DNA of 32,380 bases, taken from a virus. Its lineage: Duplodnaviria; Caudoviricetes. Shown here one piece after another: positions 1-5,741 of the stretch. The stretch covers positions 1-32,380 of IMG/VR virus record IMGVR_UViG_3300011335_000468; one strand, 5' to 3'. Below the pieces are notes generated by a model that saw nothing but the letters and a program-made list of their open reading frames with translations, did no database searches and was not told where the DNA came from. Position 1 is the stretch's first letter; each line of letters opens with the position of its first letter. Made by a program: the position numbers and the translations under genes.

Positions 1-218
1 CCATGCAAGTTCGCCGCCTGACACCGACCGAATGCGAACGACTGCAAGGATTTCCTGACGGCTGGACAGCGATACCGTGGAAGAAGAAACTTGCCGACGA
101 CTGTCCCGATGGACCACGGTACAAAGCCCTGGGAAATTCGATGGCAGTTAATTGCATGGAATGGCTTGGAGAACGGATTCAAAAATTTGATCAATCCTCC
201 CTATGCCAGTTGCCGTAA
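1..218 (+). CDS. DNA (cytosine-5)-methyltransferase, C-terminal fragment (5' end outside window)
   Basis: VRRLTPTECERLQGFPDGWT and RYKALGNSMAV match C5-MTase motifs IX and X. Confidence 0.9.
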   Translation, partial: MQVRRLTPTECERLQGFPDGWTAIPWKKKLADDCPDGPRYKALGNSMAVNCMEWLGERIQKFDQSSLCQLP

Positions 219-294
219 AGAGAAACCGATCTCGGAGCAACATTTTCCAAATCGACGCGCAGGTGCTGGACAAAGTCCCAAAAGCCCAGTCAGC

Positions 295-375
295 GCAGAT
301 CGATTCTGAAGCGTTCTAAATTTGGGTTGACGGTAGGACTCCCGAAGCAAAAGAACGCTCCACAGTCGATCCTGC
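295..375. repeat. Long imperfect inverted repeat (about 80-nt hairpin) between convergent transcription units
   Basis: GCAG-ATCGA-tt-CTG-a-AGCGTTCT-aaa-TTTGGG...CCCGAA-gcaaa-AGAACGCT-cca-CAG-TCGAT-c-CTGC gives five nested paired segments. Confidence 0.7.
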
Positions 376-410
376 TTGGCAAGACTGCCAGCGTGAACGA
401 TGAGAGCAGA

Positions 411-434
411 AATAAAAAAAGCCCCTTGCGGGGC
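411..434 (-). terminator. Rho-independent terminator of the leftward small-gene operon
   Basis: Minus strand reads GCCCC-GCAA-GGGGC then TTTTTTTATT, 5 nt after the stop codon at 440; GNRA tetraloop. Confidence 0.9.
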
Positions 435-439
435 AGGAA

Positions 440-673
440 TCATTGTGGCGCAGACACCACCCACAACCCCATATTTTTCTTTTTGAGTGTTCGCCCGTGG
501 TGATCAGCCCACCGCTTCAACTCCGAAAAAGATTCGGGAAACCGATCTCTTGGATGCAGGATGCTTGACCGAACATCCACCCAATGACCGATGCCTTCGC
601 CCTCAAGCCCTGCAAAGAATCCGAACTGCTTTCGAACGGGAAGCCACAGAGCGTAAGTGATGATCTTTTTCAT
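440..673 (-). CDS. Hypothetical protein (77 aa)
   Basis: ATGA start/stop overlap with the upstream gene at 670-673; GAGG Shine-Dalgarno-like sequence; last gene before the terminator. Confidence 0.75.
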   Translation of the reverse strand: MKKIITYALWLPVRKQFGFFAGLEGEGIGHWVDVRSSILHPRDRFPESFSELKRWADHHGRTLKKKNMGLWVVSAPQ

Positions 674-897
674 TTTGATTCCTCGATCAGGACAATGTCC
701 ATTGCGTGGGGCGTGTAAAAAAGATTGCGCCCATCGGCGAGACTTCCGATGTAATGATTGTCGTTTGTCAGATTCTCATCGCAGTCGATGTAGTCGGGCA
801 AGCAGTCGATCCAATTGCCACCGAGCGCATCCGCTTTTGCAAACGCTCTAGTGACATCGATAATGATTTGTGAGTCTGTTGGAATTTTGTTTTTCAT
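670..897 (-). CDS. Hypothetical protein (75 aa, MKNKIPTD...)
   Basis: Start moved from 933 to 897 because of the ATGA overlap with the upstream gene's stop at 894-896. Confidence 0.75.
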   Translation of the reverse strand: MKNKIPTDSQIIIDVTRAFAKADALGGNWIDCLPDYIDCDENLTNDNHYIGSLADGRNLFYTPHAMDIVLIEESK

Positions 898-1166
898 GTT
901 GTCTCTTTCCCGTGCTTGCTTTCGCAGTGGCACGACTTGTGATAATTGCTTGATCCGTCATTATTTTCTACACGCACTTCTTCGTCCACAGAAATCTGTT
1001 GATTGCATTCGTCGCATTCAAAGCCAGCGCACAACGCACAGGCAAATGCGCCGTCCAGAATCTCTCCCGTAGGAGAGTCTGACGGAATGCGATTCACGAA
1101 CCGACCAGAACCAAATGCAGTCGAGAGACCGCAATGGACGCATGGATCGATTGTTTTGTTTTTCAT
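894..1166 (-). CDS. Cys-rich putative zinc-binding protein (90 aa)
   Basis: CVHC, CALC, CDEC and HKSC motifs; GGAGG Shine-Dalgarno; ATGA coupling at both ends. Confidence 0.8.
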   Translation of the reverse strand: MKNKTIDPCVHCGLSTAFGSGRFVNRIPSDSPTGEILDGAFACALCAGFECDECNQQISVDEEVRVENNDGSSNYHKSCHCESKHGKETT

Positions 1167-1321
1167 TGTGCCTCCTCTTCTTGCGCTTTGTCATAGGCAT
1201 CATTGCTGATCGATTCCGCTTCATCTTCGCTCAATCCATTTTCGATTGCTTTGTCATATGCATCGTTGCTGATTGCTTGCCATTTTTGTTGTAATTTTTC
1301 AATTTTTGTTTTGTTTTTCAT
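1163..1321 (-). CDS. Small acidic helical protein (52 aa) with an internal ISNDAYDKA duplication; not in the ORF track
   Basis: Manual translation MKNKTKIEKLQQKWQAISNDAYDKAIENGLSEDEAESISNDAYDKAQEEEAQ; AAAGGA upstream; its TGA overlaps the ATG at 1166; fills the gap in the operon. Confidence 0.8.
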   Translation of the reverse strand: MKNKTKIEKLQQKWQAISNDAYDKAIENGLSEDEAESISNDAYDKAQEEEAQ

Positions 1322-1332
1322 GTGTGTTTCCT

Positions 1333-1542
1333 TTAGCGAATTGATTTCATTAGGTTGTCTTCATCAAGACTTTCATTCATATCTTCGACCAGTTCCATTG
1401 CATCTTCAAGCGCACGAAGCAAGTCGTTTTGTGATGGCAACTCCACCCATGATTTCATGTTGAAGAACTCCAAACGCTTTCTCAATTTTTTTTCTCTTTC
1501 GGCGAAGGACTTTTTCTTTGTTGCTAATTTTTTCTTTGTCAT
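1333..1542 (-). CDS. Hypothetical protein (69 aa), basic N-terminal half and acidic C-terminal half
   Basis: AAAGAAAGG upstream; tightly packed in the operon. Confidence 0.75.
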   Translation of the reverse strand: MTKKKLATKKKSFAEREKKLRKRLEFFNMKSWVELPSQNDLLRALEDAMELVEDMNESLDEDNLMKSIR

Positions 1543-1560
1543 TTGTATTGCCTTTCTTTT

Positions 1561-1842
1561 TTAGGATTGAATAAAAACGGTCGAGTTGTTGAGTTCGGCG
1601 ACGACATCGCAGTTGGAATAATTTTCGAGTTCGTCGGTGTCGCTGTTCTCGACCTCGACATATTCGCAACAGATAGCGATGACATCGAGTTCGATTTCTG
1701 AACCCTCGTCAGCAGGGACATCTCCTTCTGCCTCGGTGATGTAATTGAAGATGGCTACGAGAGCGTTGCGAGAGAATTGATCTGCTCTCGATGAGGTGCG
1801 GAATTCGTTCAAGAAAATTTGCTCGGTCACGGTGATTTTCAT
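1561..1842 (-). CDS. Acidic phage protein of unknown function (93 aa)
   Basis: RADQFSRNALVAIFNY...EIELDVIAICCEYVE resembles a recurring small phage family I recall (FSxxALxAxFxY...ELDVIAICC); AGAAAGG upstream; Asp/Glu-rich. Confidence 0.8.
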   Translation of the reverse strand: MKITVTEQIFLNEFRTSSRADQFSRNALVAIFNYITEAEGDVPADEGSEIELDVIAICCEYVEVENSDTDELENYSNCDVVAELNNSTVFIQS

Positions 1843-1859
1843 TTGATGCCTTTCTTTGT

Positions 1860-1923
1860 GTGTCGAAACCTCTGCGGAGTTGCAGATTCTCCCCGCCTTG
1901 GAAGGCGAGTCGAATGCGGAACT
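1860..1923 (-). ncRNA. Structured intergenic element, copy 1 (candidate cis-regulatory or RNA-processing hairpin)
   Basis: Aligns end to end with 2349-2410; long imperfect stem with compensatory changes between the copies; lies between the stop at 1935 and the ribosome-binding site of the gene starting at 1842. Confidence 0.6.
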
Positions 1924-1934
1924 ACACGATTGAT

Positions 1935-2321
1935 TCAGTCGTTGGTGCGAGTGCCATCGCTTCTGCGCCCCATCCCTCGCTTGTCACCGCACGTACAGAA
2001 CTCGACCTCGTCGGGTTGTGGAATTAAGTCTTTGGCATCACAGAAAATTCGATCGAGATCACCTTGTTGCGTCAACTGGGCACACGCTCGTTTGAATTCC
2101 TTGATTGCCAACCGACCATCAGCAAAAGTCGCTTCTTTGGAAAGCACCACTTTCAAACAATCGCACAACATTAGATTCATTGTCGCAACTGAAGACACAT
2201 TGACAAAGTTCTTGTCATGAATCTTCCACGCAATACTTTCCTGCTTGAGTGCTTGTCCAAGCGTACGCTTCCCCCACTTGCTGTCAGCGATTGACGTGTG
2301 TCCCATGGACTCGTTTTTCAT
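1935..2321 (-). CDS. Hypothetical protein (128 aa, MKNESMGH...)
   Basis: Start set at 2321 rather than 2420 because the upstream part is the structured repeat and AAAGG-like signals precede 2321; CxC motifs. Confidence 0.7.
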   Translation of the reverse strand: MKNESMGHTSIADSKWGKRTLGQALKQESIAWKIHDKNFVNVSSVATMNLMLCDCLKVVLSKEATFADGRLAIKEFKRACAQLTQQGDLDRIFCDAKDLIPQPDEVEFCTCGDKRGMGRRSDGTRTND

Positions 2322-2348
2322 TTGCGTTTTCTTTCTGCCTTTCGGCGG

Positions 2349-2410
2349 GTGTCCAAATTTCTGCGGAGTGCAGACCGTCCCTGCCTTGGGAGGCAGGTGG
2401 GGTGCGAACT
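2349..2410 (-). ncRNA. Structured intergenic element, copy 2
   Basis: Plus strand GTGTCCAAATTTCTGCGGAGTGCAGACCGTCCCTGCCTTGGGAGGCAGGTGGGGTGCGAACT; begins at the stop codon of the upstream gene. Confidence 0.6.
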
Positions 2411-2622
2411 CATTCAGCATCTTTTTGTAAGGTCAAGGTCTCTCGAATTATTCTTCGGAGCGTGTGAATTGCAGTCAGTGAACGATTCAGCAAATCCGCA
2501 ATTTCATCAGTCTCCATTCGATTCGTACCTAAAATTATTCTGCTTCCATAAATTTTTGATCGGTTGGTAATGCTTACCAGTTCACTAATTGTTGATTCGA
2601 TTGTTTCGTTGTCCATTGTCAT
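2410..2622 (-). CDS. Hypothetical helical protein (70 aa), first gene of the leftward operon
   Basis: ATG at 2622 with AAAAGG upstream; the longer start at 2670 falls inside the predicted -10 box. Confidence 0.65.
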   Translation of the reverse strand: MTMDNETIESTISELVSITNRSKIYGSRIILGTNRMETDEIADLLNRSLTAIHTLRRIIRETLTLQKDAE

Positions 2623-2665
2623 TTCCAATCTGCCTTTTGGGCTTGTGAATTTCGTACCTGTGTGA

Positions 2666-2693
2666 AGCATACAGGGTAATCGACTGTAGTCAA
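2666..2693 (-). promoter_or_regulatory. Sigma70-like promoter of the leftward operon
   Basis: Minus strand TTGACT-N16-TATGCT with an AT-rich upstream tract (about 2700-2760). Confidence 0.7.
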
Positions 2694-2760
2694 GCGTATC
2701 CTTTAGTATTTATCAAGATTTATCGAAAATGCCTATTTTTATAGATATTATTTTTTGCTA

Positions 2761-2788
2761 TTGACATCGATTTCGGGAGGATTAAAGT
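2761..2788 (+). promoter_or_regulatory. Sigma70-like rightward promoter, probably giving a leaderless mRNA
   Basis: TTGACA (2761-2766)-N16-TAAAGT (2783-2788); ATG at 2795 follows after a 6-nt gap. Confidence 0.65.
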
Positions 2789-2794
2789 GATGGA

Positions 2795-3025
2795 ATGACC
2801 GTAATTGGAATGAATGAGAATGGATATCGAATCGGAATGTCTCATCAGAATTGCACTATTTCACAGGAAATCGTGGACAAAATGAGAGATATGCACGAGG
2901 ATGAAATGGTTGGATATCGAAGGCTTTCTGCGATATTTGGTATCAGAAGGTCAACAGTTCAGAAGATTTGCAAGTACTACATTCGAGCGCAAACACCGTC
3001 AAAATGGAGGAGAATTAATGGCTAG
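2795..3025 (+). CDS. Small helix-turn-helix DNA-binding protein (76 aa)
   Basis: GxxHxxxxI...V..MR...GYRRLSAIFGIRRSTVQKIC resembles the HTH module found C-terminal to phage HNH endonucleases; no HNH core is present. Confidence 0.75.
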   Translation: MTVIGMNENGYRIGMSHQNCTISQEIVDKMRDMHEDEMVGYRRLSAIFGIRRSTVQKICKYYIRAQTPSKWRRING

Positions 3026-3497
3026 AGTGACAAGACCGTCGAAGGAAAATGCAATAAAAAGTGCAGGAAGACCGACGAAATACAATGCGAAAATTGCCGA
3101 TGAGATTTGCGAAAGACTCGCATTAGGACAGTCTTTACGGGAGATTTGCCGAGATCCAAAAATGGTCGGAATGGCGACTGTGATGAGATGGATAAGGGAA
3201 GATCGTGAAGATTTCGACATCAAGTACACACGGGCGAGAGAGTTGCAAGCGCATACGTGGGTGGATCAAATGAAGGATTTGGCGACATCATTGCCTGAAA
3301 AAAATCCGTTGACAGGATCGTACGATTCGGCAAGCGTGAACCACATTCGAAATCAAGTGATGACCCTGCAATGGTTGGCGATGAAACTAAACAGCAAGCG
3401 ATACGGCGATCAGGCTCGACTGTCACACGATGTCGCAGGTGGTCTAAATCTGCGCGTAATCACAGGCGTTCCTGATGCCAGCGACGAAGCAAACTGA
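3018..3497 (+). CDS. terS: Terminase small subunit (Sf6 gp1-like, 159 aa)
   Basis: GRPTKY...ADEICERLALGQSLREIC...TVMRW...YTRARE...LQWLAMKLNSKRYGD; GGAGGAG before ATG 3018; directly upstream of TerL. Confidence 0.9.
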   Translation: MARVTRPSKENAIKSAGRPTKYNAKIADEICERLALGQSLREICRDPKMVGMATVMRWIREDREDFDIKYTRARELQAHTWVDQMKDLATSLPEKNPLTGSYDSASVNHIRNQVMTLQWLAMKLNSKRYGDQARLSHDVAGGLNLRVITGVPDASDEAN

Positions 3498-4821
3498 CAT
3501 CGAAATAAAGTATTCGCCTCGCCCGTGGCAGAAGAAATGCCACAAGAAGTTGAAGCGATTTACGGTGCTTGCACTGCATCGTCGAGCAGGAAAAACAGAA
3601 CTTGCGTTGATGCAACTGATCAATTCTGCATTGAAATTCGACAAGGATCAAGGCTTCTTTTGCTATGTCGCACCGTTCCTATCACAGAGTAAATCGATTG
3701 CTTGGGCGAGGTTGAAATTAAAACTTGAACCGCTTCGATTGTTGGATGCGATCATCATCAATGAATCCGAATTGTCAATCAAATTCAAGCACAATTTGAG
3801 CATGATTCGACTGTTCGGTGCTGACAATCCTAATGCGATGCGAGGCTTGCGGATAGACGGCGTGGTAATTGATGAAGTGGCACAATGCAAGCCTGAAATT
3901 TGGAGCGATGTATTGCAACCTGCGACATCAGATCGCCACGGTTGGGCAGTATTCATTGGAACGCCCAACGGTGTGAATCTATTCAGCGAACTATTCCAAA
4001 AATCGTTGACGCTAGAAGATTGGTACGGCGCAAAATATACAGTTTATGACACGAATTCACTCGATTCCAAGGAAGTGGATCGATTGAAAAGGGACATGTC
4101 CGAGGTCGCATTTGCTCGTGAATATCTGTGCGACTTCGATGCAAGCGCAGAAGATCAATTGATCTCTCTCTCTGATGCAATCACGGCATCACGGCGTGAA
4201 TATGTGGACAAAGATATTGAGTCTGCGCCTCGAATACTTGGCGTTGATCCTGCCCGATTCGGCGATGACAGGTCGGTCATCTGCAAGCGTCAAGGCTTGG
4301 TGTGCTTCGAGCCTCTCATCTACCGTGGCATCGACAACATGGACTTAGCAGGTCGAGTCGCAAGCGTCATCGAGGCTTGGCAACCTGATGCTGTCTTCGT
4401 GGACGCAGGTGCAGGGAGCGGAGTCATTGACCGACTGCGCCAGTTGGACTATGACCCCATCGAAGTCCCTTTCGGCGGGAAGGCGGTGATGGACAAACAG
4501 TTCGCCAATCGGCGCATGGAAATGTGGTGGCTCATGCGTGAATGGATCGAAGGGGGGGGTGCCATCCCCGATTGCGCGAACTTGAAGCAGGAACTCGCCA
4601 CACCTATTTTTTGGTATGACGCGAGTGGGAGAAAAGTTTTGGAGTCTAAGGATGACATTAAGAAGCGTTTGCAAGGCGGTGGAAGCCCTGACATCGCAGA
4701 TGCTTTGTGCCTGACCTTTGCGTACCCAGTTTCGAAGCGTGTGCCATATGACATTGCAACGCGTTTGAAGAAGAGGGTTCATCACGAGTACGACCCATAC
4801 GCTCCTGAGTTTCAGAAATGA
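3475..4821 (+). CDS. terL: Terminase large subunit
   Basis: Walker A HRRAGKT, Walker B VVIDE, coupling motif IGTP; RNase H-like nuclease motifs GVDPARFGDD and SPDIADAL. Confidence 0.97.
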   Translation: MPATKQTDIEIKYSPRPWQKKCHKKLKRFTVLALHRRAGKTELALMQLINSALKFDKDQGFFCYVAPFLSQSKSIAWARLKLKLEPLRLLDAIIINESELSIKFKHNLSMIRLFGADNPNAMRGLRIDGVVIDEVAQCKPEIWSDVLQPATSDRHGWAVFIGTPNGVNLFSELFQKSLTLEDWYGAKYTVYDTNSLDSKEVDRLKRDMSEVAFAREYLCDFDASAEDQLISLSDAITASRREYVDKDIESAPRILGVDPARFGDDRSVICKRQGLVCFEPLIYRGIDNMDLAGRVASVIEAWQPDAVFVDAGAGSGVIDRLRQLDYDPIEVPFGGKAVMDKQFANRRMEMWWLMREWIEGGGAIPDCANLKQELATPIFWYDASGRKVLESKDDIKKRLQGGGSPDIADALCLTFAYPVSKRVPYDIATRLKKRVHHEYDPYAPEFQK

Positions 4822-4830
4822 TTGTAAAGA

Positions 4831-4862
4831 GGTACCCGTAACTCTTGTGTTGGCAATAATTT
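4831..4862 (+). promoter_or_regulatory. Candidate phage late promoter, copy 1
   Basis: GGTACCCGTA-N16-TAATTT; same spacing as the copies at 7741 and 26829; intergenic. Confidence 0.7.
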
Positions 4863-4869
4863 TTCAGCA

Positions 4870-5352
4870 TTGGAAACATGTATGACTGAAGTCAGGCGCA
4901 TTACTTTTTCTGAAATATCGACTGATGAATTTGATCAAATTGTTGATATGGCAAAAAGGTTTCTTGCGTTTGCCCCTCACAGTTCTTTGATTAAAAACAC
5001 GACAGAAGACATCGTAAATACTGTGAAATTGGTGTTGGAATCTGGAGTTATTTTTGTTATTGATGTTGGAGGCAAGGCGGTTGGAATCTTGGCTGCGATG
5101 ATGACAACTGTTTGGTATTCGCCTTCGACAAAATTGGCTGCTGAGATGATGTGGTGGGTAAATGAAGAGAATCGAGGCACAATTGCTTCGATTAAATTGA
5201 TTAAGGCTTACGAGAATTGGGCAAAAGAAAATGGCGCAGATTTGATTGCGATGTGCGATTTGGTGATTGAAGGACAGGAGCCAGTTGGTACTACATTGAA
5301 CAGGCTTGGCTACGAAATGAGTGAACGAACATACATCAAAGGAGCGAAGTAA
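4870..5352 (+). CDS. GNAT-fold acetyltransferase-like protein (alternative start ATG 4882)
   Basis: IFVIDVGGKAVGIL...AAEMMWWVNEENRG...KLIKAYENWAKENGA...LNRLGY follows the GNAT motif A/B layout. Confidence 0.85.
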   Translation: METCMTEVRRITFSEISTDEFDQIVDMAKRFLAFAPHSSLIKNTTEDIVNTVKLVLESGVIFVIDVGGKAVGILAAMMTTVWYSPSTKLAAEMMWWVNEENRGTIASIKLIKAYENWAKENGADLIAMCDLVIEGQEPVGTTLNRLGYEMSERTYIKGAK

Positions 5353-5741
5353 TGCCATTGTTTTCAAGTATTGGACTTGCTGTTGGTGCATCTGCCGCTA
5401 CTGCTGCTGCTACAGGTGCGGCAGTTGTAGGAGCCGCCGCCGCTGCCGCAGGTGCTGGCTACACAATTGCTGCTGGCGAAGATGCCAAGCGCAAGCAAGC
5501 GGATTCTTTGGCGCGACAACAGAAAGCGCAGACTCAAGCGGTCAATGCGGCTCAAGGTCAGCGCAAGCAAAGCGAGATGGCGATGAATAGGGCGAACCAG
5601 CAACAACCGAACATTGCAGGGATTATGGAATCTGCTTCGGCTGCATCAAGTGGTGGTGCGGCTGGGACTATGTTGACTGGTCCGACTGGTGTTGATCCAA
5701 ACGCTCTTGCACTTGGCAAGTCATCTTTACTTGGAAGTTAA
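5352..5741 (+). CDS. Ala/Gln-rich small virion protein upstream of the portal
   Basis: Hydrophobic Ala/Gly N-terminus, Gln-rich helix and C-terminal TMLTGPTG...LGKSSLLG typical of pre-portal podophage proteins; TAATG coupling at both ends. Confidence 0.75.
   Translation: MPLFSSIGLAVGASAATAAATGAAVVGAAAAAAGAGYTIAAGEDAKRKQADSLARQQKAQTQAVNAAQGQRKQSEMAMNRANQQQPNIAGIMESASAASSGGAAGTMLTGPTGVDPNALALGKSSLLGS

Noticed and set aside
91-464. ORFs 91-309 (+) and 201-464 (-)
   Set aside because: They overlap the methyltransferase end, the long hairpin and the terminator, with no ribosome-binding site or motif support.
1860-2410. The repeat as integron attC sites, CRISPR repeats or a hammerhead ribozyme
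   Set aside because: It lacks RYYYAAC...GTTRRRY ends, has only two copies separated by a whole gene, has no integrase or cas gene nearby, and has no CUGANGA core to accompany the single CGAAAC.
2322-2420. N-terminal extension of the 1935-2420 ORF
   Set aside because: It runs through the structured repeat and overlaps the upstream gene; the start at 2321 is better supported.
2901-3017. N-terminal extension of TerS in the ORF track
   Set aside because: It overlaps the HTH gene in another frame, and a strong GGAGGAG precedes ATG 3018.
2795-3025. HNH homing endonuclease next to the terminase
   Set aside because: Only the HTH-type module is present; there is no HNH catalytic core.
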